NCBI GenBank assembly: GCA_964016885.1
Contig: OZ024753.1
Location: forward strand, 15,686,001-15,750,000
DNA: 64,000 nt
From: Eledone cirrhosa
Taxonomy: Eukaryota
Reading direction: 5' to 3'
The stretch's first letter is position 1; the number at the start of each line of letters is the position of its first letter. The notes beneath the pieces were generated by a model. The model saw only the letters and a program-made list of their open reading frames with translations. It was not told the DNA's origin and did not search any database. The position numbers and the translations under genes were made by a program. Shown piece by piece: positions 13,603-25,500 of the stretch.

Positions 13603-13838
13603 AGATGTGTATGTGTATATATGTTATATATCTATATATCTCTATATATATATATATATATACATATATATATAACATATACACACATTCGGCTGCGCTT
13701 TCTAACAACCAGCCTACTCGCTGACAGGCACCAATCACAAACTTTCTGCCTTGACCACTAGCCACGTGATGATTCTTGGCCATTTTGAATTAGTTTCTGG
13801 CGGGGATCATGTAAGAAAAATCTTTGTCCAATTGAGTT

Positions 13839-13923
13839 TATCTCCTGATGATTTCCAACCTCGTTGATTTATCCAAGATCGAATATATCCAAAAATGGAA
13901 TGAAGCCGCTGGGGGTAGAGATA
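13839..13923 (+). ncRNA. Type I hammerhead-like motif with one core-adjacent substitution
   Basis: Stem I TATCTC/GAGATA; CTGATGA 13845-13851; stem II TTCCA/TGGAA; GAAG instead of GAAA; CC..GG-T-A. Confidence 0.55.
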
Positions 13924-14176
13924 TTTTGATGATTTTGGTATGTTTATGTACATTTTTTCTTCTAACTTTGATTTTGTACCTAATTATGTATAGTTAACTA
14001 TATGTCTAGTCAATTTCTACAGGCTATCAGAAATACTGGGTAAATTTTCTGTGGCTGTGAGTCACGGACAAAAAGCTATATCATTTATCTATTGTTTCTT
14101 CTTAAGTATATTTTAAACTTATAGCCTCGTTTAAATAATTTTTTGTGTGGTTGATTTATGCTGATTGGGAGAAGAA

Positions 14177-14510
14177 ATCATCATCACTTTTATGTCCGCT
14201 TTTCCCTGCTTGCAAGGGTGGGACGGGAACTGATTCTGGCTTGATTTCTACAGCTGGATGCCTTTCCTAACACCAACCTCATTTACAGTGAGTGCTGGGT
14301 GCTTTTTTGCCGTGGCACCTCCACGACCACTTTGCAGTGGAATGATAGAGACCCCAGTCCCTATCATCTCATTTCTACAGCTGAGTAAACTGGAGCAATG
14401 TGAAATAAAGTGTCTTGCTCAAGGAAGCAACACATCACCCGGTCTGAGAATTGAACTCACAACCTTTCGATTGCAAGGCCAATGCTCTAACCACTAAGCC
14501 ATATGCCTCC
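14177..14510 (-). mobile_element. tRNA-derived CORE-type SINE, family A, with RTE-derived tail
   Basis: A box TGGCTTAGTGG, B box GAGTTCAATTC, CORE-like ccttgagcaagacacttt..cagctgtagaaatgag, 3' end shared with RTE fragments. Confidence 0.9.
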
Positions 14511-14824
14511 ATACTGTATATATTTTATCTAATGATTCTATGGACTTACTTTATATATATATATATGTGTGTGTGTGTGTCTGTGTGACATACATGTATA
14601 TATATGTATATATATATATATATTCCAGTGAGATATTTCCTTGGAGAAAATATAATTTATTCTCCATTGAAAGGTTATTGAATAAACCTTCTTTTGTTTA
14701 TTCTATTTTATTTTGGCATCTTTTCATTTCTCTAGAGATGTCTATTTTCTTTCGTGGTGGGCTGGGGGTGGCGTGGTGGTGAGGTTACTACTACCACCAC
14801 CACCACCACCACCACGTCCAATAT

Positions 14825-15022
14825 GGTAATGTTTCTGATTTAGGAACAGGGTCAACAAACTTTGTGGGGTAGAAAGTCCATTAACTCGATGCCAGTGTAT
14901 TACTGGTACTTTATTTTATCAACCCTGTAAGGATGAGAGCAAAGCTAACCTCAGCAGGGCCGTAACTCTATGCCGCAAAGCATGGTGCTCAACGTTCTAC
15001 CGGTACTGCCAATCCACCACCG
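14825..15022 (-). mobile_element. SINE family B (diverged)
   Basis: Consensus match with an internal deletion. Confidence 0.75.
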
Positions 15023-15162
15023 TTTAATGACAATAATAATTTCTTTATCTGTCAATCAAAAACAATAAAGAGAGGCAATGGAGATTTACTTTAACACATA
15101 AACAGAAGATAACTTGATGACAACAGGATTCGCCAATAAGAAGGAGCAGTAAAGGGTTAAAT

Positions 15163-15985
15163 AATGCCATAGATACAAGATCACATGGTAAGCAAGTGTC
15201 CCAGATTGCCATAGATACAAGATCACATGGTAAGCAAGTGTCCCAGAATGCCATAGATACAAGATTACATGGTAAGCAAATGTCCCAGAATGCCATAGAT
15301 ACAAGATCACATGGTAAGCAAGTGTCCCAGAATGCCATAGATACAAGATCACATGGTAAGCCAGTGTCCCAGAATGCCATAGATACAAGATCACATGGTA
15401 AGCAAGGGTCCCAGAATGCCATAGATACAAGATCACATGGTAAGCAAGGGTCCCTGAATGCCATAGATACAAGATCACATGGTAAGCAAGTGTCCCAGAA
15501 TGCCATAGATACAAGATCACATGGTAAGCAAGGGTCCCAGAATGCCATAGATACAAGATCACATGGTAAGCAAGTGACCCAGAATGCCATAGATACAAGA
15601 TCACATGGTAAGCAAGTGACCCAGAATGCCATAGATACAAGATCACATGGTAAGCAAGTGTCCCAGAATGCCATAGATACAAGATCACATGGTAAGCAAG
15701 TGTCCCAGAATGCCATAGATACAAGATCACATGGTAAGCAAGTGTCCCAGAATGCCATAGATACAAGATCACATGGTAAGCAAGTGACCCAGAATGCCAT
15801 AGATACAAGATCACATGGTAAGCAAGGGTCCCAGAATGCCATAGATACAAGATCACATGGTAAGCAAGGGTCCCAGAATGCCATAGATACAAGATCACAT
15901 GGTAAGCAAGTGTCCCAGAATGCCATAGATACAAGATCACATGGTAAGCAAGTGTCCCAGAATGCCATAGATACAAGATCACATT
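15163..15985. repeat. 42-bp minisatellite, about 19.5 copies
   Basis: Unit aatgccatagatacaagatcacatggtaagcaagtgtcccag; variation mostly gtgt/gggt/gtga. Confidence 0.97.
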
Positions 15986-16097
15986 GGACACTGGATGAGT
16001 GAGTGTAGAATGCTTTCATCACTCTGTACACAACTCAGATTGTTCAGTCTCACAAGATTTCTAAGCCTGTAAAGTTTGTCTCAAGCCAACATATGTA

Positions 16098-16605
16098 CTG
16101 TATATGCTGGTTTATAAGTCAATCCGGCGCATAGGTCAACCCCCTATGATTCTAAGGTGAAATTCAGGTTTAGGCCTGTATTCGCCAAATAAGACGACCC
16201 CGCCAAAATAAGGCAGTTGCAGGGGAAATAATTCAAAAAATTTAGTGGCGCACTAAAGACTAAGACATTTCGAAAACACTTCAGTCACAAGTGAGTTCTA
16301 ACTCACTGAATAAACCAGCCTAACCTTAACATACCTATGGTAACCTACCCTATGAGATACAGCAAGTCATGGATATTATTATAATCTCTACATTAAATAG
16401 ACTTACATGGAATTCAGTAGGAAATAATTGTTGAGGACTGCTAGAGTTATGGCAAGTGGTGTACAATGAGTGTTAGGCAGGCAGTTTCACTGTTTACCCT
16501 TCAGTGGTAAAGGTTCATATTTTATATTTGGCAAACAAGTCGACCCCTGGTTTAGGAGATATATTTTTAGGCTCCAAATGTCAACTTGTACGCCAGCATA
16601 TATGC
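16098..16605. mobile_element. pogo/Tc1-type MITE
   Basis: Imperfect TIRs ctgtatatgctggtttataagtc / gtcaacttgtacgccagcatatatgc; TA on both sides. Confidence 0.6.
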
Positions 16606-16723
16606 TATATAATATTAAAAATAAATATTAAAACTAAATAAACAGATCTACTGTTTCTAGGATCTATGCTAGAGTAGATTGAGACAACTTAGGTAGCAAC
16701 TGTGTTGAGAATATATATATACT

Positions 16724-16915
16724 TAATATAGAAGAGGCTTCTACAGGACTAGAACTATTTCATTCGAGAGAAATCATCAGGAAGCTCTGATGATTTCTCC
16801 CAAATGAAACAGTTCTAGTCCTGTAGAAGCTTTTTCTATACTAAATATTTATACTCTGCTTTGTATTAAGTACCTTACTTATTGTGGTTACCCCCGATTG
16901 AACCTGGGATAAACT
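16724..16915 (+). mobile_element. Fold-back hammerhead element (family also at 4845, 19897, 29110 and 39903)
   Basis: Arms meet at gaagct (about 16785); tail actctgctttgtattaagtaccttacttattgtggttacc. Confidence 0.75.
16737..16785 (-). ncRNA. Minimal type I hammerhead motif
   Basis: Minus strand GCTTC-CTGATGA-tTTCtctcGAAt-GAAA-TAG..CTG-T-A-GAAGC; stem I 5 bp. Confidence 0.7.
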
Positions 16916-17103
16916 TTTCCTCGCTTTACGTTGCATTACTACTGTCATTTGTTTACTTTCCCCTTCCAATTCGCTCTGTGCGATAACTTAATTTAGTTAT
17001 TGCTCGCACTGATTTGAGGTATCTAGTCTTTAATGCAAAGAAATACCAATGATAATCAGCAGACTACTGATGATGGACAGTCCCATTTCTCGGTCTATTT
17101 TTA

Positions 17104-17137
<34 letters not shown>

Positions 17138-17618
17138 ACATAAATAACAATCAAATTATGTTTAAGGTATTTCATTTCTTATGATCGTCTCATCCAGACA
17201 CAGGTCTGGTTTCATTGGAGTATATAAAATGTGAAAACAAATATATTCCTAATTATTAGAACATTTAACAGGATACATTATAGGTGAGAAGATTAATTAT
17301 AGGTGTTAATCACAATATATTAAAGAGCAAGAGAAAACGAATATTATAATGAAATAATTATAATGAAAAAATAGTAATAAAATATTATAATGAAAATTTG
17401 TGTTAAAGCTAAGTATTGTGAGGTATATGTTATATATAAGGATTATGGTTATTATAGCAGAATATCATAGTAAGAATACTATAGCAAGAATATCATATCA
17501 AAAATATTAACAACAGTGGAGTACATGCAATGTAGTAAGAGTATATATGTAGGCATTAACAATTATAAATATCATAGGATATATTGGTTTTAGGCAAAAA
17601 GATTTATAATGTTAGTCA

Positions 17619-17797
17619 TAATTGTTTCTACGTTTGGTACAAGGCCAGCAATTACCCCCAGTGCATTACTGGTACTTTATTTTATCGACCCCGTAAGGAT
17701 GAAAGGCAAATTAACCTCGGCGGGATTTGAACTCAGAATGGAAAGGGCCGTAACTCTATGACTCAAAGCATGGCGTCTGACCTTCTACCGATACTGT
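17619..17797 (-). mobile_element. SINE family B
   Basis: Consensus match. Confidence 0.85.
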
Positions 17798-18169
17798 AGT
17801 CATAATGTTCATGCAGAAGAATGTATGGCATGACTGCTAGGGCATTGAATTGGTACTCTGTCATTATAACCTTAAAGAAAAAGATCTTAAACTCCATATT
17901 TTTGGATTATATTTTTTTTTGACTGTATCTGTTCGAACTGTACAATTCCATGCTTCTATGCTTTATACCTATGGCCAATACATCAAATAAGCTGCCCACC
18001 AAACCTGACCGCCGACAAGTGTCCCAAGGTCCAAGTGTGTAAATCTAGACAACTGGTGAGATAGTGTCTCTATTCTAAACCAGATAATTCAAAGTTAATG
18101 TCTATGTATCAGTAATTCATCATTTCGTCTCTTCCATATATCAAATAACAACTGGTTTACAAGAAGAAA

Positions 18170-18572
18170 CCAATGTCGCTGCGGATCCACTGTGAACTCT
18201 TTTGGCCTCCACCCACTTTCCTGTCGCCACAGTGCCGACCATCTTCCACGCCATGCTGCCCTCAATGGCTTTGACGATGGGGACTTCCCTTCCCAGCTCG
18301 AGCCGGTCGGCTAGACCAAGGGGACGGCAAAAGGCTAGATGGCATGACCATCTTCCCATTCCGTGGTGGCAAACCCCTCGTCTGGGATGCTACTTGCACC
18401 AACACTTTCTGCAACCACAACCTGGTGCAGTCTGCGAGTAACCCAGGTTCTGCTGCACGTCGGGTTGAGGAGACCAAACTCCTCAAAAACCGGTCACACC
18501 CCTGGCAGTGGAGACTTCTGGTGTCCTCGGCTACCTCCCTATTCACCACCATGGGTGCTGAGCTGGCCACCA
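18170..18572 (+). pseudogene. Fragment of a restriction-like-endonuclease (RLE; CRE/NeSL-type) non-LTR retrotransposon C-terminus
   Basis: Frames give CGSTVNSFGLHPLSCRH (CCHC knuckle) and DGMTIFPFRGGKPLVWDATCTNT..RVEETKLLK (PD-(D/E)xK-like); frameshifted. Confidence 0.7.
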
Positions 18573-18945
18573 AAGAGGTGAGAGAATTCTGGCTGGTTAT
18601 TGCCAGTTGAAATGCTAAAGGGTTAAACAACACACATATGGTTTCTTTTGTAAACCAGTAGAATCCCACAAGGTTCAATAATAAACATTGTATATGATAG
18701 TGCACATACTTAAATATGGAATGATATGCGATGCCCCCTCCTACACATACACAGCCCCGGCGGACAGAATGGGGGGGGGGGGGGCATCGCATATCATTCC
18801 ATATTTAAGTATGTGCACTATCATATATAATGTTTATTATTGAACCTTGTGGGATTTTACTGGTTTACAAAAGAAACCATATGTGTGTTGTTTAACCCTT
18901 TAGCATTTAAACTGGCAATAACCAGCCAGAATTCTCTCACCTCTT
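18573..18945. repeat. Near-perfect inverted duplication with arms of about 165 bp
   Basis: 18573-18737 is the reverse complement of 18781-18945, with few mismatches. Confidence 0.9.
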
Positions 18946-19119
18946 TCTGTTGAAGCCGGCCATAACAGGCCACTCATACCAATGTTAAGGTATTGTTCTC
19001 GAAATAAATAATATGAAAATCTCATAGATTCGATATTATATGAGATAATTATATGAGGTAAAGTTTTTATCACGAAAATACAATAGTATATATAGTAGAG
19101 TAATGTAAATGCTAAAGGG
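18896..19119. mobile_element. piggyBac-type MITE
   Basis: TTAA-CCCTTTAGCATTTA ... TAAATGCTAAAGGG-TTAA; other copies at 34225-34426, 55030-56050 and 60832-61218. Confidence 0.8.
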
Positions 19120-19497
19120 TTAAAGAACTTCTTACAGAGTGTTTATGCTGTGCTAGACACATATCTGGTGTCTTGTTATGAAGTATTTATACTGTGTCAA
19201 ACACACATCTGGTGTTGTATTGTTGCGATGACAGCTTTGGAAACATCATCTGTTAGATTTTGCCTGAACATCTTTTCATTACCAACAGTTTCGCAGCAAT
19301 GACCACTTTATGTAAGATAAGACATTTTTGGTGGTTCACGGGTATTTCTTCTAAGAGTTTGACTCTGGTTGACTCATACATAATTAGCTTTGCTGACAAG
19401 ATTAATAGATTTCAGATATCTGATACAGATATATGTATGTGTGTGTTTCTGTCTAGGGAGGGAGGTGGTTTCTGTGCACACACACATATATATATAT

Positions 19498-19875
19498 GGA
19501 GGCACATGGATTAGTGGTTAGAGCATTGGCCTTAGTGGTTAGAGCATTGGCCTTAGTGGTTAGAGCATTGGCCTTGCAATCGAAAGGTTGTGAGTTCAAT
19601 TCTCAGACCGGGTGATGTGTTGTTTCCTTGAGCAAGACACTTTATTTCACATTGCTCCAGTTTACTCAGCTGTAGAAATGAGATGATAGGGACTCGGGTC
19701 CCTATCATTCCACTGCAAAGTGGTCGTGGAGGTGCCACGCCAAAAAAGCACCCATTACTCACTGTAAATGAGGTTGGTGTTAGGAAGGGCATCCAGCTGT
19801 AGAAATCAAGCCAGAATCAGTTCCCGTCCCACCCTTGCAAGCAGGGAAAAAGCAGACGTAAAATGAAATGATGAT
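19498..19875 (+). mobile_element. SINE family A with a triplicated 21-bp A-box segment
   Basis: ttagtggttagagcattggcc x3, then the full SINE body. Confidence 0.9.
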
Positions 19876-19912
19876 ATATATATATAATTTATATATAAGT
19901 TTTAATATAGAT

Positions 19913-19965
19913 GAGATTCTACAGGAGTAGAACTGTTTCATTCTTTAGAAATCATCAGGAATCTC
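19913..19965 (-). ncRNA. Minimal type I hammerhead motif inside short element 19897-20052
   Basis: Minus strand GAGATTC-CTGATGA-tTTCtaaaGAAt-GAAA-CAG..CTG-T-A-GAATCTC; 7-bp stem I; tail hairpin 19992-20010. Confidence 0.75.
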
Positions 19966-20055
19966 AGGAATCTCTCTATTAAAACTTTTATACTCTGCTA
20001 TGTATTGAGTTCCTTACTTACTGTGGTTACCTCCGATTCAACCCGGAATAACGTA

Positions 20056-20085
<30 letters not shown>

Positions 20086-20086
<1 letters not shown>

Positions 20087-20407
20087 CACAGAGAAAAGAG
20101 AATCAGTGTTGCGACGAAAGGAATTTATTGGACATATTACAAATGTTTCTCGGGTGATCAGCTCGAGGCACGATCGATAAGGTGATCAAACCTGACTCTG
20201 AAATCAACAAGGTCGTCAGAGTCAAGTTTGATCACCATATCGATCGTGCCTCGAGCTGATCACTCGAGAAACATTTGTAATATGTCCAATAAATTCCTTT
20301 CGTCACAACACTGATTCTCTTTTCTCTGTGATATCATACTCTGCTCTACGAGGGCATTGAGTGCTTATACGGCCTACCGCATACGGATGCTTTAAACATC
20401 CAACACC

Positions 20408-20411
<4 letters not shown>
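20086..20411 (+). mobile_element. Fold-back Penelope/retrozyme-like element
   Basis: Arms 20086-20202 and 20216-20332; right arm CTGATCA..GAAACAT..ATGTC then AATAAA; tail hairpin 20338-20362; (TA)n on both sides. Confidence 0.7.
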
Positions 20412-20447
<36 letters not shown>

Positions 20448-20450
<3 letters not shown>

Positions 20451-20818
20451 TATGATTCGTTGATTACTCAATGAATACAATTTTACAATAGATTAGAAGC
20501 ATTCAACAGTGGTTTTCTTGGAGTTTTTTAATATTATTCAAAATGTTTACAAATGAAAAATACTCACATTATCAATTATATATACTTTATTATATATATC
20601 TCAAAGGTACTGTGTTGTTTCAGTACGTTTTCATCAGACAAAATATATGATTTGTTATATGATATACCGCTACGGTCTTGATTATTCAATTCCGGTATTG
20701 CCAATACTGGAATTGAATAAAGCGTACTGAAGCATCACAGTAGCTTTGAAATATATATAATAAAGTATATATTTTGATTATGCGAGTATTTTTCATTCGT
20801 TAACATTTTGAATAATAT
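20448..20818 (-). mobile_element. Diverged fold-back element with an internal 38-bp hairpin
   Basis: Arms about 20531-20628 and 20721-20817; minus strand CTGATGA..GAAAC; hairpin ttattcaattccggtattg/caatactggaattgaataa; related fragment at 46489-46580. Confidence 0.55.
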
Positions 20819-20961
20819 ATATATATAGACGCGAAACTAATAAGACTTTGTGTTTTACATCTTTCTGTTCATCTTGTCATTTCTTGAACTAAATATATAT
20901 ATCCATATCTTGTCTGATGACTGTGACAATGGGCAAAACTCCAGAATAACAAAGCTCCTTC

Positions 20962-21224
20962 TGGGAACTGATTCTGGTTTGATTTCTACAGCTGGATGCC
21001 CTTCCTAACACCAACCTAATTTACAGTGAGTACTGGGTGCTTTTTTTGCTGTGGCACTTTGGAGTGGAATGATAGGGACCCCAGTCCCTATCATCTCATT
21101 TCTACAGCTGAGTAAACTGGAGCAATGTGAAATAAAGTGTCTTGCTCAAGGAAACAACACATCACCCGATCTGAGAATTGAACTCACAACCTTTCGATTG
21201 CAAGGCCAATGCTCTGACCACTAA
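20962..21224 (-). mobile_element. SINE family A, partial
   Basis: Consensus match. Confidence 0.85.
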
Positions 21225-21377
21225 TATATATAAAGAGTGTCATGTCCGAGAGGCATGCGCCATATCCACTGTAGAATATGCTCAAAGATTCCCTGTGATT
21301 CTTTCATATGTTTACTTAGATATATATATATATATGTCAATCAATTTCTAGTTGATATATATATATCAACTAGAAAT

Positions 21378-21433
<56 letters not shown>

Positions 21434-21719
21434 TTCGTTTTTGTATTTGTTTTGCAAGATTTCTTATCTGAAAGCATGAGTTGAAACAGATATTGTTATA
21501 CTTTGGGAGGGTGATGCTGCCAATAAAAACACACATATAGTTAATGTACCCAGCACACTCAAGGCTGCCCTCTAGCTCAGGCATCCCAAACCACCTCACA
21601 GTAAGCTATAAATTTAGACAACCAGTGATTCCAAGTCTTAATACTATCAATGAATACCGAGTGGCGACTCATGGCTAAACAATAACTAGGGGGAAACCTA
21701 AATATGTTATGCGACCCCC

Positions 21720-22400
21720 CCCCCCCCCCCCCCCCCACACACACACAGCCCCAGCGGACAGGGTGGAGAACGTGTTCCCACGGAAGACGGCAAGGGAGAC
21801 GTGCTGGAAAAGCCACTCCATCTCGCGGGGTTCACACCTGCAGCTGGCCATCTCAGGGGAGTAGGGAGGTAGCCCTAGAGCCGAGGACACCAGAAGTCTC
21901 CACTGCCAGGATCGCAACCAGTATTTGAGGAGTTTGGCCTCCTCAACCCGACGTGCAGCAGAACCTGGGTTAGTCGCAGACTGCACCAGGTTGCGGCTGC
22001 AGTAAGTGTCGGTGCAAGTAGCACCCCAGATGAGGGGTTTGCACCAGCTCGAGCTGGGAAGGAGGACCGCAGCGTCCAAGCCATGCTTTATGACCTCGTT
22101 GAGGGCAGCATGGCATGGAAGGCGGCCGGCACTATGGTGACAGGAAAGCGGGTGTTGGCCGAAAGAGTCCACGGTGGATCCGCAGCAAAATTGGTGTGGC
22201 TCGCAGATCCGGAGGCCGAGCTTCAAGGAAACGCCGATGCGCAATATGGCCTCCAAGCCAGACATCATCTCTGCCATGGGATCCCTCTCTGCTACTAACA
22301 GGTGAGCTAATGGTTTCTGATCAACCCACCTCAAAGATTTTTTGTCACTCATCATTGCTGGAGTGAGGTGCTATCTGCTGAATATGGCTGTGGCCCTCAT
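21720..22400 (-). pseudogene. Second RLE-type non-LTR retrotransposon fragment, inverted relative to 18170-18572
   Basis: ORF 21675-22355 has CCGSTVDSFGQHPLSC..HAALNEVIK, KPLIWGATCTDT and FQHVSLAVFRGN, typical of RLE LINE C-termini. Confidence 0.75.
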
Positions 22401-22564
22401 TAACAGGTTCATTCACAGTACCTAGGAGCGTTATTTCTGAGATCTCTCCTCTTCGACCAGACCGACTCCTTTCAAGAAGAACGATAGCAACATACCTCAT
22501 ATTGCTGTGGGACATGTCAACAGAGAGCCACCAATGTCATCTGGAAATCTTTCACCTCTGAACT

Positions 22565-25500
22565 GATGTTGGCGGTGTTGGTGTTGGTGGTGTAGTGGTG
22601 TGTGAGTGTGTTGGTGGTGTAGTGATGTGTGAGTGTGTTGGTGGTGTAGTGATGTGTGAGTGTGTTGGTGGTGTAGTGATGTGTGAGTGTGTTGTTGGAG
22701 GTGTAGTGGTGTGTTGGTGTTGGTGGTGTAGTGGTGTGTTGGTGTTGGTGGTGTAGTGATGTGTGGGTGTGTTGGAGGTGTAGTGATGTATGAATGTGTT
22801 GGAGGTGTAGTGGTGTGTTGGTGTTGGTGGTGTAGTGATGTGTGGGTGTGTTGGAGGTGTAGTGATGTATGAATGTGTTGGAGGTGTAGTGGTGTGTTGG
22901 TGTTGGTGGTGTAGTGGTGTGTTGGTGTTGGTGGTGTAGTGGTGTGTTGGTATTAGTGGTGTAGTGATGTGTGGGTGTGTTGGAGGTGTAGTGGTGTGTT
23001 GGTGGTGTAGTGATGTGAGTGTGTTGGTGGTGTAGTGGTGTGTTGGTGTTGGTCGTGTAGTGGTGTGTTGGTGGTGTAGTGGTGTGTTGGTGTTGGTGGT
23101 GTAGTGATGTGTGGGGGTGTTGGTGGTGTAGTGGTGTGTTGGTGTTGGTGGTGTAGTGGTGTGTGAGTGTGTTGGTGGTGTAGTGGTGTAGTGGTGTGTG
23201 AGTGTGTTGGTGGTGTAGTGATGTGTGGGTGTGTTGGAGGTGGAGTGGTGTGTTGGTGTTGGTGGTGTAGTGATGTGTGGGTGTTGGTGGTGTAGTGGTG
23301 TGTGAGTGTATTGGTGGTGTAGTGGTGTAGTGATGTGTGGGTGTGTTGGAGGTGTAGTGGTGTGTTGGTGTTGGTGGTGTAGTGATGTGTGAGTGTGTTG
23401 GTGGTGTGTTGGTGTGTTGGTGTTGGTGGTGTAGTGATGTGTGAGTGTGTTGGTGGTGTAGTGGTGTGTTGGTGGTGTAGTGGTGTGTTGGTGGTGTAGT
23501 GATGTGTGGGTGTGTTGGTGGTGTAGTGGTGTGTTGGTGGTGTAGTGGTGTGTTGGTGGTGTAGTGGTGTGTTGGTGTTGGTAGTGTAGTGATGTGTGAG
23601 TGTGTTGGTGGTGTAGTGGTGTGTTGGTGGTGTAGTGATGTGTTGGTGTTGGTGGTGTAGTGGTGTGTTGGTGTTGGTGGTGTAGTGGTGCATTGGTGTT
23701 GGTGGTGTAGTGGTGCATTGGTGTTGGTGGTGTAGTGGTGTGTTGGTGGTGTAGTGGTGTGTTGGTGTGTTGGTGGTGTAGTGGTGTGTTGGTGTTGGTG
23801 GTGTAGTGATGTGTGAGTGTGTTGGTGGTGTAGTGGTGTGTTGGTGGTGTAGTGGTGTGTGGGGGTGTTGGTGGTGTAGTGGTGTGTGGGGGTGTTGGTG
23901 GTGTAGTGGTGTGTTGGTGGTGTAGTGGTGTGTGGGTGTGTTGGAGGTGTAGTAGTGTAGTGGTGTGTTGGTGGTGTAGTGATGTGTTGGTGTTGGTGGT
24001 GTAGTGATGTGTGAGTGTGTTCGTGGTGTAGTGGTGTGTTGGTGGTGTAGTGGTGTGTTGGTGGTGTAGTGATGTGTGGGTGTGTTGGTGGTGTAGTGGT
24101 GTGTTGGTGGTGTAGTGGTGTGTTGGTGGTGTAGTGGTGTGTTGGTGTTGGTAGTGTAGTGATGTGTGAGTGTGTTGGTGGTGTAGTGGTGTGTTGGTGG
24201 TGTAGTGATGTGTTGGTGTTGGTGGTGTAGTGATGTGTTGGTGTTGGTGGTGTAGTGGTGTGTTGGTGGTGTAGTGGTGTGTTGGTGGTGTAGTGGTGTG
24301 TTGGTGGTGTAGTGATGTGTGAGTGTGTTGGTGGTGTAGTGGTGTGTTGGTGTTGGTGGTGTAGTGATGTGTGGGTGTGTTGGAGGTGTAGTGGTGTGTT
24401 GGTGGTGTAGTGATGTGTTGGTGTTGGTGGTGTAGTGATGTGTTGGTGTTGGTGGTGTAGTGGTGTGTTGGTGGTGTAGTGGTGTGTTGGTGGTGTAGTG
24501 GTGTGTTGGTGTTGGTGGTGTAGTGATGTGTGAGTGTGTTGGTGGTGTAGTGGTGTGTGAGTGTGTTGGTGGTGTTGGTGTTGGTGGTGTAGTGGTGTGT
24601 TGGTGGTGTAGTGGTGTGTTGGTGGTGTAGTGGTGTGTTGGTGGTGTAGTGATGTGTGAGTGTGTTGTGGTGTAGTGATGTGTTGGTGTTGGTGGTGTAG
24701 TGGTGTGTTGGTGGTGTAGTGGTGTGTTGGTGGTGTAGTGATGTGTGAGTGTGTTGGTGGTGTAGTGGTGTGTTGGTGTTGGTGGTGTAGTGGTGTGTTG
24801 GTGGTGTAGTGGTGTGTTGGTGGTGTAGTGATGTGTGTGTGTTGGTGGTGTAGTGGTGTGTTGGTGTTGGTGGTGTAGTGGTGTGTTGGTGGTGTAGTGG
24901 TGTGTTGGTGGTGTAGTGATGTGTGAGTGTGTTGGTGGTGTAGTGGTGTGTGAGTGTGTTGATGATGTAGTGGTGTGTTGGTGGTGTAGTGGTGTGTTGG
25001 TGGTGTAGTGGTGTGTTGGTGGTGTAGTGATGTGTGAGTGTGCTGGATGTGTAGTGGTGTAGTGATGTGTGGGTGTGTTGGATGTGTAGTGGTGTAGTGA
25101 TGTGTGGGTGTGTTGGTGGTGTAGTGGTGTGTTGGTGTTGGTGGTGTAGTGGTGTGTTGGTGGTGTAGTGGTGTGTTGGTGGTGTAGTGGTGTGTTGGTG
25201 TTGGTGGTGTAGTGATGTGTGAGTGTGTTGGTGGTGTAGTGGTGTGTTGGTGGTGTAGTGGTGTGTTGGTGTTGGGGTGTAGTGATGTGTGAGTGTGTTG
25301 GTGGTGTAGTGGTGTGTTGGTGTTGGTGGTGTAGTGATGTGTGAGTGTGTTGGTGGTGTAGCAGTGTGTTGGTGTTGGTGGTGTAGTGGTGTGTTGGTGT
25401 TGGTAGTGTAGTGGTGTGTTGGTGTTGGTGGTGTAGTGGTGTGTTGGTGTTGGTGGTGTAGTGGTGTGTTGGTGTTGGTGGTGTAGTGGTGTGTTGGTGT

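Noticed and set aside
14258-14497. Recurrent 79-aa ORF MPFLTPTSFTVSAG...
   Set aside because: Antisense translation of SINE A; it recurs only because the SINE does.
15045-16031. 328-aa Cys/Trp repeat ORF
   Set aside because: Artefact of the 42-bp minisatellite.
17067-17100. CTGATGA motifs at 381, 17067 and 20914
   Set aside because: No correctly placed GAAA, stem III and stem I, so not called as hammerheads.
19498-19612. tRNA gene
   Set aside because: A and B boxes belong to the SINE head; there is no proper acceptor stem, and the sequence continues into the SINE body in all copies.
22552-23718. Mucin-like Thr/His/Pro ORFs
   Set aside because: Translation of the GT-rich satellite.
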